Notes: a model not told the origin generated them from the sequence alone. A stretch of DNA of 57,751 nt, filler included, from Squatina squatina (GCA_031763465.1; 3 parts of 3 records of this genome joined end to end with filler, not necessarily neighbours in it); one strand, 5' to 3'; positions 12,591 through 24,028 are shown, counted from the first letter of the whole stretch. Translations and numbers: made by a program.

Positions 12591-14344
12591 TTCTATAGAA
12601 GCACGGCACAATTCTTTTTGAGTTGGACTCCTTCACTGGGCAGGAGAGGAGGTTACGAAGGAATGGTGCCGGACACAACACGGGAGACGTAAAGACCGAC
12701 GCATTGGTGCCCTCACCAGCCTATCGCCGTGTCTGTGAAGAGGTGTTTGCAAGCCCTGGGAGCTGGCACCTCTCACAAGCTTCCAGGGCTGTGTGTACTT
12801 CTCTGCGTCTTGTGATCATGAGGTCACTGTGTTCCAAATTAAAAAGCCAGCCCCAGGCACGGTGACCTTGCTGCCGAGGATTACATGATTAAAACTTCAT
12901 TTCTCCTCTGCGATGTCACGAGCCAGTGTTTCACCCGTGTCTTTTACGGAGGTTAACGGCCCTGGGTGTTCAGGGTAGGGAAGGTAGCTTTCCACAGGGC
13001 TCTGGGCTGTAAGCCCTTGCCACCAGCGGTTAGCTCCTATTTTTCTCCCCCCACCCCACAACCTTTACAAAAAATGAAGTTCTGTAGGCTTACAATGTTG
13101 GCTACACCAATTCATTTTGCGCTGTCCCCCTATTTTCTCCCCTGTATTGTGTTTTGTCTGTTAGCAAGCCTAAGATCGCTCCACCCCCTCACTAAAAACC
13201 TGTAAACAAATTAGAATTAAGGATATGAATGCAACTACACAACATTTCTGTACAGACAGTATTTTCTGAATAAAATTGAGGAAATGCGGTTAGGTTTGTA
13301 GATTAAACACTATTGTAACCCTTAAAGGATTAAAAGACCTATGTAGTCTTCAGATTAATCTTACCCATTATAATGCACAGAGTAAAGTTGTAGCACACTG
13401 TTATTATTCAGTTATATAATAGAATGAGGCACATGTGTTCCAGGTTGTAAAACGAAATACTCAGCAGGCCAATAAAAGTGAAATGTAGCCCTACATGTTT
13501 TAATGGGTAAGGAAGCAAACTGAGGATAGCAAAGTGTGTGAAGCAGAAACCAGTCTGGAAAAGTTCTGAATGAGGCCACCATCGCTGCGTATGATCTGCT
13601 GTGCCTGGTGACTTCAAGGACCTTTCTTCAAAGTGTTCTGATGTATTTGAAAGTTCGCAGTATTCAGGATCGCTTGATTTCGCTTTTGTCCGCAGTCATC
13701 AGACGAGAGTGACATCTTGAAAGCCTCAGAAGATTAAATAGCAAAGCTCAGTCGGAAGCTAAAAAGAAAGGGCCAGGTCGGCCATTAAGGAGCAGGTCCT
13801 TTCTTGTCTGTGAAAGAACTTTCAAGGAGCACTATTGGAAGCAGAAGGCCTGATAAAGAATACAATGAGGGGGAGAAAAGGAGAACCCAGAGTGGAACCA
13901 GAGGGAGGGGGCACTGTGAATGAGGGATTAGTGCAGCTCCACAGCAAAGAATGGGGAATCCCAGTTGAGATGAAAATGAGGTATTACTGTTTGGGAGAAT
14001 TTGGTTCACTGAGCAGTAACAATATATGCTGGGGCAGAGGGGGGAGACTTGACATCGCACACCACTAAGCTATGTTGACCCTCAGCATAGGCCATATTAA
14101 AACAGTTTTATTTAAGGTCTTGTGGATATTTACATTAAAATATCTAATTGAACTGTTTGAATATTGTTTTGAAATGTGTTCTGTGAAAGAGTAGACAGGT
14201 TTGGATTTGCCAGCTACATAAAAGGGGCCGGTGAGAAACCCATCACGACACGGCACTGCACCAGCATGATCCAACCTGCTCCGGTCAGTCCCTCGCCCAC
14301 ACGCATTTTGCAGCCAGCTTTATGCTGCTGCTCAAGTTACTGAT

Positions 14345-14816
14345 GAAGAAAAGTGGAGGAAGTGATGCTTTAGCTGTACGGAGCCTTGGTCCGATCCCGG
14401 CCTGGAGTCAGTGTGTTCAGTTCTGGGCCCCGCATCTCAGCAAGGATCTATCGGTCTCGGAGGGGGAAAACAGCACAGATTCACCAGAGTGATACCGGGG
14501 ATTAAAGGGTTAAATTACAAGGACAGTTTGCACAGACTCGGCTTGTATTCCCCCCTAAACCTCTCTGCCTCTCTCTCCTCTTTTAAGACGCTCCTTAAAA
14601 CCCACCTCTTTGACCCAGCTGTTGCTCGCCTGATCCTAATATCTCCTTATGTGTCTCGGTGTCAAATTGTGTTTGATAATTGTTCCTGTGAGGCGCCCTC
14701 GGACGTTTCACTCCGTTCGAGGCACGGTTTAAACGGGAGTTCTTGTTATTGTTCATACCAGGGCTAAAAGGGTGAAATTCCGAGGACAGGTCGAATACAC
14801 TTGGCTTGTGTTCCCT
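14345..14816 (+). mobile_element. CR1 ORF2 fragment interrupted by an L2 3' fragment (about 14551-14753)
   Basis: CR1 sequence (tgtgttcagttctgg, QHRFTRVIPGIKGLNY) switches to L2 sequence (ctaaacctctctgcctctctctcctcttttaagacgctccttaaaa...tgttattgtt), then CR1 resumes. Confidence 0.8.
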
Positions 14817-14916
14817 NNNNNNNNNNNNNNNNNNNNNNNNNNNNNNNNNNNNNNNNNNNNTTAATTAATTAANNNNNNNNNNNNNNNNNNNNNNNNNNNN
14901 NNNNNNNNNNNNNNNN
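14817..14916. other. Artificial scaffold concatenation linker
   Basis: N44-TTAATTAATTAA (14861-14872)-N44; the core gives stop codons in all six frames; identical structure at 33811-33910. Confidence 0.95.
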
Positions 14917-15234
14917 AATCTCATAAAATTAGTTTGAAAGAGGAGAGAATTTTATTCATCCATTCTGGACTGCATTTGACCCCTGGTATCAGAGGCGAAG
15001 TGTGTTTGTCATCTGTTAACAAAGAGAAGAGAATGTAACCGCACCAGGATGTATTTAATGTTACTGGACTCTCGTGCTGGAGCTCCATGTGGCATTTTGC
15101 CTTGCACTTTGCCGACCACTGCAGCTTTGACCAAGATTGGTGTTTAATCCTGAGCAGGCTACCTGCTGGCGAGAGTGCAGGGGTAAGTAGAGCCGAAAGA
15201 GGGGAGATAGAGGAAAGTCAGATTAAATCGACAT

Positions 15235-15332
15235 TTTCTGATGAAGGGTCATCAACCTGAAACAGTAACTTGGTTTCTCTCTCCACAGATGCTGCCTGAC
15301 CTGAGTTTTTCCAGCATTCTCTGTTTATATCT
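15235..15332 (+). mobile_element. Penelope-like element terminal repeat with minimal hammerhead-like core
   Basis: CTGATGA-agggtcatcaacct-GAAAC-a-GTA-act followed by ctctccacagatgctgcctgacctgagtttttccagcatt. Confidence 0.6.
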
Positions 15333-16272
15333 TAAATAGGCGTTGCTGTTTCATGCCTACTTCCTTGATAGCACATGTCACTGCATCATCCTGAAGCTGG
15401 CTGCCTGCATTTGTACGTCCATCTTTAATTGCAGTAGCAATGGATGGAGGGCAGGAAGAGTTGTAGTGGGACTTGATGACTGCTACTTACTCTAATATTT
15501 TTTCTTTCATAAAAGAAATATGTTTTGGAAGTTTACATTTGAGCAGCAGTGCTACAGTGAGAGCCATATAATCAGGATAAAGCCCACGTTTTTAAGCTTC
15601 TCCTATTGTTATAGAGGATTTTCAGTTGAACCTTCCGTGGGACATTGCTACCTTGATCAGAATTACTGAACAGTATCTCAATAAATACAATACCATATTA
15701 AACTAGAAGCACCTAGCAGGGAGACCAAGTTCCAACCAACTGGTATTATGCTCCAGCTATATTAACAGCATTGCTTCAGGAGGCAATAATTGTATAGGTT
15801 AGCCACATAACCGCCTCTTCAAAAAAAAAAATCCTTGTGTGTGGATCCTTGCATGCAAATGTGGAACCGTCCCCTAGCTATGTGTCTGTGATTGCAGCCA
15901 GGTAAGATACATCACTCGTTACGAGCTGCAAATTGATTCTGCAGTTGTTGCTGTCGCATGGAATATAACGCAGCCTAAATGAATTATTTCTGACACTTTG
16001 AGGTCAGGCAATACCCTTGGTTGCTACTCACGATACTTGGCCCTAATTGGTCTGGAAGCCAGACACCCGATTCCATTGTTTATAAACATCTCGCCACCAA
16101 CCTCATCCTCTTGTCGAGTATTAAGACAGAGGATATTACCTCAGTTCCCCAGGTATAGACTCACCTGTAGCTACTGTGCACCTCAACTCCAGTAAGAAAC
16201 AGCAGCTGGGATGCCATTTGCTTTAAAAAAAGGAAAGTGAAGTTTAGAGAAATTAAGAAGCACTCTGCTTAC

Positions 16273-16311
16273 CATTTGCTCTGTGAAGATCTGAAGGTCC
16301 TCTGGGGCACC
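16273..16311 (-). CDS. NCLN: Nicalin 39-nt internal exon (GAPEDLQIFTEQM)
   Basis: tttttag/GGT...ATG/gtaagc; corresponds to human GTPPDMPVFTEQM. Confidence 0.85.
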
Positions 16312-16571
16312 CTAAAAAAAGAAAACAAACTTAAAAAGAGACAGCCCTGTAAAGGCTGAACAGACAGATCACAGAAGGGGGCAAAAAAACAAAACTGGAT
16401 GAGACACACGCAGCAGAGCCATGTGTGCGCACACTATACACCAATGACATAGGCTCAAGTGCCACTTGTGGCCCATCTCTATCTGACTGGTGGCCTTTGG
16501 CAGATTTGTTACTCAGGTTGTAGCCTGCTTGGCTGTGGAGTGTTGCTGGGGCTGAAAACCAGTGCAGATCC

Positions 16572-16619
16572 GTAAGAACATAAGAATTAGGAGGAGTAGG
16601 CCACACGGCCCCTCGAACC
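16572..16619 (-). mobile_element. CR1 3' end fragment at contig edge
   Basis: gtaagaacataagaattaggaggagtaggccacacggcccctcgaacc. Confidence 0.7.
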
Positions 16620-16719
16620 NNNNNNNNNNNNNNNNNNNNNNNNNNNNNNNNNNNNNNNNNNNNNNNNNNNNNNNNNNNNNNNNNNNNNNNNNNNNNNNNN
16701 NNNNNNNNNNNNNNNNNNN

Positions 16720-16945
16720 GATAGAGCAGTAGAGAGGCAGAGGGGTTTAGGGAGAAAAATCCACAGCTTAGGGCCAAGACAGCTGATGATGGTTGCGTGA
16801 TTAAAATCAGGAATGCTCAAGAGGCGCGCAGATATCTTGGAGGGTTGTGGTGCTGGAGGAGATTACAGAGGTAGGGAGGAGGGATTTGAAAACAGGGATA
16901 AAATCGAGGCATTGCTTAACGGGGAGCCAATGTAGGTCAGTGAGG
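16720..16945 (-). mobile_element. L2 LINE ORF2 C-terminal fragment
   Basis: Translation SIPDFNHATIISCLGPKLWIFLPKPLCLST matches the other L2 copies (AFSCLGPKFWNSLPKP). Confidence 0.75.
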
Positions 16946-17093
16946 ACATCGATTAAAACTTTCATACATACAATCATCACTATGGTTCACTGAAATCCTT
17001 GTGACAGTGCAAAGTCTTACAAAGCAGTTTTTTTAAAAAAAGGTACCATCAGCAGTAATTATTCAGTGATGTGATAGTCTGGGTTGTACTTAC

Positions 17094-17174
17094 AGGAGCC
17101 ACTCCAAAGGAGTCATAGTGCGCTACAATTACAATGGTGGGAAGATCCTCTCCACCCAGACCAGTCAATCTGCC
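17094..17174 (-). CDS. NCLN: Nicalin exon (about exon 5; GRLTGLGGEDLPTIVIVAHYDSFGVAP)
   Basis: 81 nt, cctttag/GGC...CCT/gtaagt; near-identical to the recalled human nicalin M28-like domain; phase 0 matches the preceding exon. Confidence 0.95.
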
Positions 17175-18391
17175 CTAAAGGAATGACACAAGCATGGAAT
17201 ATCAGGACAAACACCTCACACTTTCANNNNNNNNNNNNNNNNNNNNNNNNNNNNNNNNNNNNNNNNNNNNNNNNNNNNNNNNNNNNNNNNNNNNNNNNNN
17301 NNNNNNNNNNNNNNNNNNNNNNNNNNNNNNNNNNNNNNNNNNNNNNNNNNNNNNNNNNNNNNNNNNNNNNNNNNNNNNNNNNNNNNNNNNNNNNNNNNNN
17401 NNNNNNNNNNNNNNNNNNNNNNNNNNNNNNNNNNNNNNNNNNNNNNNNNNNNNNNNNNNNNNNNNNNNNNNNNNNNNNNNNNNNNNNNNNNNNNNNNNNN
17501 NNNNNNNNNNNNNNNNNNNNNNNNNNNNNNNNNNNNNNNNNNNNNNNNNNNNNNNNNNNNNNNNNNNNNNNNNNNNNNNNNNNNNNNNNNNNNNNNNNNN
17601 NNNNNNNNNNNNNNNNNNNNNNNNNNNNNNNNNNNNNNNNNNNNNNNNNNNNNNNNNNNNNNNNNNNNNNNNNNNNNNNNNNNNNNNNNNNNNNNNNNNN
17701 NNNNNNNNNNNNNNNNNNNNNNNNNNNNNNNNNNNNNNNNNNNNNNNNNNNNNNNNNNNNNNNNNNNNNNNNNNNNNNNNNNNNNNNNNNNNNNNNNNNN
17801 NNNNNNNNNNNNNNNNNNNNNNNNNNNNNNNNNNNNNNNNNNNNNNNNNNNNNNNNNNNNNNNNNNNNNNNNNNNNNNNNNNNNNNNNNNNNNNNNNNNN
17901 NNNNNNNNNNNNNNNNNNNNNNNNNNNNNNNNNNNNNNNNNNNNNNNNNNNNNNNNNNNNNNNNNNNNNNNNNNNNNNNNNNNNNNNNNNNNNNNNNNNN
18001 NNNNNNNNNNNNNNNNNNNNNNNNNNNNNNNNNNNNNNNNNNNNNNNNNNNNNNNNNNNNNNNNNNNNNNNNNNNNNNNNNNNNNNNNNNNNNNNNNNNN
18101 NNNNNNNNNNNNNNNNNNNNNNNNNNNNNNNNNNNNNNNNNNNNNNNNNNNNNNNNNNTAAAGTCCGCAACAGGGTGAAACACAACTCTAGTCTTTCTTC
18201 AAAAATTGCAAGATCAAAATTTGTAACTGCAGTGCTAGATTTCATAATTTTTTGCTCAGATTCTTTAGAAACAACTTCAGAACAGCTAAGTACCGGACGT
18301 TGATGCTGCTGAGCCAGTGTAATTTTCATTTGTAGCACCACCACCAGCCATTTGGCAGTCATTACAATGGAAGAGAAGAATTCCAACTTAC

Positions 18392-18486
18392 CTCAAGGCT
18401 GGTTATTGACCAGTCAGTAATGGCTTTGCTTTGGGCTCCACTTGTAACCATCTGGAAGCCATTGGCTGTGGCTGTGTGCAAGAGGA
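18392..18486 (-). CDS. NCLN: Nicalin exon (about exon 4; VLLHTATANGFQMVTSGAQSKAITDWSITSLE)
   Basis: 95 nt, ccccag/TC...GAG/gtaagt; the phase-1 start joins the G left by the upstream exon. Confidence 0.95.
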
Positions 18487-19004
18487 CTGGGGAGGGAAGG
18501 AATAAATACATTTCATTCAATGCACCCAAGATACTGGTAGAGCTGACAGAAACACAGTATGCACGATATTGCCGACAAGGCTTTTTGGAATCAACGCTTT
18601 ATGGGGATAAAAATAAAAACCTTACTACTTCAAATTGCTCCCACCAGACCTATAAATATAGCCGAGAATGCATTAGATACAAGCCAAGCATGGCAGGGCG
18701 GGATGTTTTTCTACAGTTTTAATGGCGAGGTTATAAGTTTCATACACACATTATGTACTTTACTGACATACTGACACCAACATGGGAACAAATGACATTA
18801 CACATTTCTATTAAAAACAGAAACATTGCCAAGTATTCAGCAGGCCCATCAGCATCGAAAAGATAAGGGACAGGTTAATGTTTTGAGCAGAAATCTACCA
18901 GGAATGGCAATTGCTGTGCCATTGTTTCTGTTTTTATGTCAGTATTCATTTATCGACATACTTATAGCAAGTCTTAAATGGATAGTTTGGTGTCAAAAAC
19001 AGGG

Positions 19005-19180
19005 AAATAGGTCCTTCCTATCCACTCTATCCAGGCCCCTCATCATTTTATACACCTAAGTCTCCACTCAGCCTCCTCTGTTCTGAAGAAAACAACCCCA
19101 GACTATCCTTTCTTTACTTATAGCTAAAATTCCTCAATCCAGGCAACATCTTCGTAAATCTCCTCTGTACCCCCTGAGCA
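19005..19180 (-). mobile_element. CR1 ORF2 fragment
   Basis: cctcatcattttatacacct...ggcaacatcttcgtaaatctcctctgtaccc, the reverse of the VQRRFTKMLPG / VYKMM region. Confidence 0.7.
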
Positions 19181-19309
19181 GTTGTGCGCTGTAAATTCTA
19201 ACTTTCCATTCAGAAGCCTTGCAGCAATGTCACAAGATCATCTTCAAGTTTCCCTCTAAACAATCAAATGCTGCTATTGCCATGCTTTATTGGTGTTGCA
19301 TTTAAGCAG

Positions 19310-19600
19310 ATCAGAATGTCCCATGGCTCATTTCCTGTTGTGTTGAGTTTGGTGACCTTGGCTGGAAATAATAAGAGATATCAGAATTCATCTCGGGGTC
19401 GGTGAGCTAGGAAAGGGGGAAAAAAAAAACCTGCTCCTGATTGCCATCAAGTGAGTCCTGCTGTGCCTCTGTGGACATTAGGTTAGGATTGGATTGGGCC
19501 TAGCTGGAACACTCCACAATGAACAGGCAAGGTATCGGGGTTAATCAGCATCTGTGGAACTGTACTTCAGCAGGATTCATAGCTTTTAGGAGACAAGAAA
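19310..19600 (+). mobile_element. Old SINE-like interspersed repeat; related copies at 21205-21410(-) and 28800-29020(-)
   Basis: Shared degenerate blocks ctg(t)gctgagttagctgatc, ctgctcctgatt.c.atc.agtga and gtggac.t.agg across the three loci. Confidence 0.5.
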
Positions 19601-20991
19601 ATTAAAAAAGGGCAGCCTAACTTTGCAGCCGGATCAAGCAGTGATATAATTTTTACCATTCTCTCATTTTTTTTCTTTCCATTTTATTGGACACGTTATA
19701 AGGGATATTAATGCTAAGAAACCAGTGTCAGTATCAAGCATTCCCAAGCCAGATGCAACAAAATCAGAAACAGGATAAAGCTCNNNNNNNNNNNNNNNNN
19801 NNNNNNNNNNNNNNNNNNNNNNNNNNNNNNNNNNNNNNNNNNNNNNNNNNNNNNNNNNNNNNNNNNNNNNNNNNNNNNNNNNNNNNNNNNNNNNNNNNNN
19901 NNNNNNNNNNNNNNNNNNNNNNNNNNNNNNNNNNNNNNNNNNNNNNNNNNNNNNNNNNNNNNNNNNNNNNNNNNNNNNNNNNNNNNNNNNNNNNNNNNNN
20001 NNNNNNNNNNNNNNNNNNNNNNNNNNNNNNNNNNNNNNNNNNNNNNNNNNNNNNNNNNNNNNNNNNNNNNNNNNNNNNNNNNNNNNNNNNNNNNNNNNNN
20101 NNNNNNNNNNNNNNNNNNNNNNNNNNNNNNNNNNNNNNNNNNNNNNNNNNNNNNNNNNNNNNNNNNNNNNNNNNNNNNNNNNNNNNNNNNNNNNNNNNNN
20201 NNNNNNNNNNNNNNNNNNNNNNNNNNNNNNNNNNNNNNNNNNNNNNNNNNNNNNNNNNNNNNNNNNNNNNNNNNNNNNNNNNNNNNNNNNNNNNNNNNNN
20301 NNNNNNNNNNNNNNNNNNNNNNNNNNNNNNNNNNNNNNNNNNNNNNNNNNNNNNNNNNNNNNNNNNNNNNNNNNNNNNNNNNNNNNNNNNNNNNNNNNNN
20401 NNNNNNNNNNNNNNNNNNNNNNNNNNNNNNNNNNNNNNNNNNNNNNNNNNNNNNNNNNNNNNNNNNNNNNNNNNNNNNNNNNNNNNNNNNNNNNNNNNNN
20501 NNNNNNNNNNNNNNNNNNNNNNNNNNNNNNNNNNNNNNNNNNNNNNNNNNNNNNNNNNNNNNNNNNNNNNNNNNNNNNNNNNNNNNNNNNNNNNNNNNNN
20601 NNNNNNNNNNNNNNNNNNNNNNNNNNNNNNNNNNNNNNNNNNNNNNNNNNNNNNNNNNNNNNNNNNNNNNNNNNNNNNNNNNNNNNNNTCGTACCACTTG
20701 GACACGCTTCATGGTTGCCAGCTCAGGAAGGCAATAATGAGGCAGAAGGCTCGCTGACCGTGATTTCACTGTCCAGGGGGATTAAAGGGGACTCAGATGG
20801 ATCTCTTTCTCCTCTCAATGTGAAACAAAATTGGAACCTTTAAGAGTGCTTCTCCAGAACAGGAACCACTTGCATTCATAAATACCGCATTAAGTTTGCT
20901 GACTGAAGGCAAGCAGATAATACCACATAAATTGGCAAAATCCTGGCTGCCACACCTTAATCAAAAAAAAGACAATATAGGCGCAACCCAC

Positions 20992-21136
20992 CTTCTGCAG
21001 CTGAGGCAGTGCCCTGCGAGACAGACGCTGAATTTGTTTGTTCATGTATTGACAAGAGCTCGTCATCCTCCAAGGCAAAGTACACCGGTACAATTGTCTC
21101 AGTTGCCAACAGCTCTGGCTCGATCTCCATAAATTG
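20992..21136 (-). CDS. NCLN: Nicalin exon (about exon 3; QFMEIEPELLATETIVPVYFALEDDELLSIHEQTNSASVSQGTASAAE)
   Basis: 145 nt, ttgcag/CAA...GAAG/gtgggt; strong match to recalled human nicalin. Confidence 0.95.
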
Positions 21137-21204
21137 CTGCAAGTTTTAAAACAAAAAGTCAGCCCAGTACCCACTACCAAAGCTAAAGTTTCACTGCCAC
21201 AAAC

Positions 21205-21410
21205 TTGCTGCCCATCTCTCCTGAAGTCATCAATGCTGGACTAGGAGTGGGAAACATGGTTATTTTTTCCTCTCATCAGCCTAGAGCGAAGCCAAATATA
21301 GCATCACACTGTAGTCCTAACACAGATCAGCTAACACAGCACAGATCAGGGACTATCCTCGTCTCTCTGGCTCATTATCACATCATTTTACACACACTTA
21401 CCTACTGAGC
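21205..21410 (-). mobile_element. Old SINE-like repeat copy
   Basis: Minus strand ggctcagtaggtaag...gtccctgatctgtgctgtgttagctgatc, with a tRNA-like head; related to 19310-19600. Confidence 0.5.
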
Positions 21411-21748
21411 CCAAGGTGGACCTCCAGGATCAAAAAGTTAAAAACAAATAGGAGTGGAACAAATAGAATTTGACTAAGCTCAAGGTCCAAATTTTTGCAC
21501 AAATTCCAAAATATTTTCCTGTGCAAACTGTGGGATGTGTGCCATGCAGTTCAGTTTCATTTACTACTATCCCTTCAGAAGCAACTTCATTGAAGACAAC
21601 ATCTTTCATTTTAATAAAACTTTTTTCATACTCAAATGTGAGGGATGGTAGCTCTGAGGAATAGAATACTTTCCATTACAGGCACTCAGCATTAGAATCA
21701 AGCACATCCAATAATGACTATTATTAGATGCAGATTAAAATTCATTCT

Positions 21749-21762
21749 GTTGTCATAGCAAC
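21749..21762. promoter_or_regulatory. RFX X-box motif in an NCLN intron
   Basis: GTTGTCATAGCAAC; motif only. Confidence 0.35.
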
Positions 21763-22276
21763 CCACCGCATCTCCAACTTCAGACGGACCAGCATAATAT
21801 GTTTGCATTACTCACACTAGCTTCTCTCACTGAAATGGCCAATTTGTGCCAAATTTGGGAAGGTTTTATGGCTGAGGGCCGATGCTCACTAGATAGTCCA
21901 AACTCCTTTCAAGTAGGATAGCGACAGCCATTAGACATAGGAAACTGTCATCTCATCGCTGTTTGATCAGTTTGGATTTATAGTTTATGAAGCTACGATT
22001 GGAGGTGGTACGTGGGTGGATGTTGCAGCAAGATCCATTCTCCATTAATACAGCGAATTCACTGTGCTACCACTGCTTACTCAGGCTCTAAATGACACTC
22101 CTAAAGCTACTTGTGTTTCACTTTTATCTGCTGCGATGCTAACCAAACCCATCGACAAAAAATTTACTGACTTGTAATCAGTTCCAGGTACGCCCTATTC
22201 TTTGTACACTTATGCCCTCCTGACTGTTTTCTTCAGAGGACATGCAATTGGCTAAAACACAAGAAAGCTGCTTTAC

Positions 22277-22907
22277 CTGAATGACATCCTGAGGCATTGT
22301 CGACATGTTCTGAGGCAGAATGATCACCACTGCCCCTGCACTCTGTCGTANNNNNNNNNNNNNNNNNNNNNNNNNNNNNNNNNNNNNNNNNNNNNNNNNN
22401 NNNNNNNNNNNNNNNNNNNNNNNNNNNNNNNNNNNNNNNNNNNNNNNNNNNNNNNNNNNNNNNNNNNNNNNNNNNNNNNNNNNNNNNNNNNNNNNNNNNN
22501 NNNNNNNNNNNNNNNNNNNNNNNNNNNNNNNNNNNNNNNNNNNNNNNNNNNNNNNNNNNNNNNNNNNNNNNNNNNNNNNNNNNNNNNNNNNNNNNNNNNN
22601 NNNNNNNNNNNNNNNNNNNNNNNNNNNNNNNNNNNNNNNNNNNNNNNNNNNNNNNNNNNNNNNNNNNNNNNNNNNNNNNNNNNNNNNNNNNNNNNNNNNN
22701 NNNNNNNNNNNNNNNNNNNNNNNNNNNNNNNNNNNNNNNNNNNNNNNNNNNNNNNNNNNNNNNNNNNNNNNNNNNNNNNNNNNNNNNNNNTGGCCTCCTG
22801 GAACTTTTCAAATGAGAACTCTGCTAGTCTCATTAACACACACCGGCGGCTCAGCACATCTGCTTCGAATGTTCGAGCCTCTGTGTTCAGCATGGCATTC
22901 CTTGTAC
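22277..22907 (-). CDS. NCLN: Nicalin exon (about exon 2), split by a 440-N gap: 22907-22791 plus 22350-22277
   Basis: tgacag/GT ACA AGG gives GTRNAMLNTEARTFEADVLSRRCVLMRLAEFSFEKFQEA-I-RQSAGAVVIILPQNMSTMPQDVIQ/gtaaag; 117+74=191 nt, in frame when the flanks are joined directly. Confidence 0.93.
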
Positions 22908-24028
22908 CTGTCAAGATAAAAAAAATGTGTGTTTTGGTAGCTGCCAATACATGGAGCGCACAACCAACAGGTTCCCAGACTGCATGATAATGATTGCCGC
23001 TGCCCCAAAGGCAAGTGCAAGAAGTAGGGACCAGTTGGATTATAGGATCAATTGTCCAATTCTTTTATGCAAGATAAAGTATATTTTCCTTACACAAAAA
23101 ATTCTCCAGGGGAGCAAAATAAGGTTTATCTTGATTTACTTTGTCTTGTCTCTAATCTTGGTGGTGTCCCACATGCTGGATTTTGTATCATAGGATTCAT
23201 AAGCCCCATAAGGTTGAAGCATGAGAATGGGCCAGAGAAACTTCGGTTCTTCAGCATTAGACAAGAGAGTGAATCCTGTCGCTTTTATCTGATCTTTTGC
23301 ACAACTTGCCAACAATTCATTTCTGGGCTCACACACTCAGGGCAATTATGTGCTCATGGTACCAGAGGGCTGCAGGCTGTACCCCAGTAAAAGTCAATGC
23401 CTTCAAAAAAAGGAGGGTGAAATTGGGGAGAAAAAAATTGTCAGTGATATTGGCAGTACATCTGTTGAACTTAAATAGCAGAAACTGTACAGTAAACAGT
23501 GTCTAGTGGCAAGATTTAAATTGCATCATGGTGTTAAAAGAACACACCCCTGTACGGTGGCACATGAACTTCTGGGGAAGTCATTAGCTGCTGCCTGATC
23601 ACTTGCCCATCGGTAAACACAGCAATTAGCAAACCAAAAGCTGTCTCGGCATTGACGCAGACTACTCCTAGCTTCTGAGCCGCGACTGCAGCCAACCACA
23701 TACTGCCCAATGGTCATCTATGTGCCACTTCAAAGAACTAAAAAAGATAAATACCGTACTGTTCAGCGCTATTCAGGCCCATAATAGCAACACTGAATGC
23801 CATTTTATCAGCAATGGCTACAAGGAATCTGCAACCTCACCAGAATGCAGTTAATGACCATTGCTATCTCTCGGTAGTCCATAGTTATGTACTGAATATT
23901 TGTGATTTTCAGATGACAAAGTTAGGAGNNNNNNNNNNNNNNNNNNNNNNNNNNNNNNNNNNNNNNNNNNNNNNNNNNNNNNNNNNNNNNNNNNNNNNNN
24001 NNNNNNNNNNNNNNNNNNNNNNNNNNNN

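Noticed and set aside
13560-13920. Coding-looking stretch in block 1
   Set aside because: Frames are interrupted by stops and match no protein I recognise.
16165-16221. Possible extra NCLN exon (aag/CAAATG...ACAG/gtgagt)
   Set aside because: Would need an intron of about 50 nt, and the peptide does not resemble the expected next nicalin segment QIQQEQLDSV.
17084-20769. 300-400 aa ORFs in the ORF track (also 27725-28652 and 47641-48869)
   Set aside because: They are long only because they run through N gaps.
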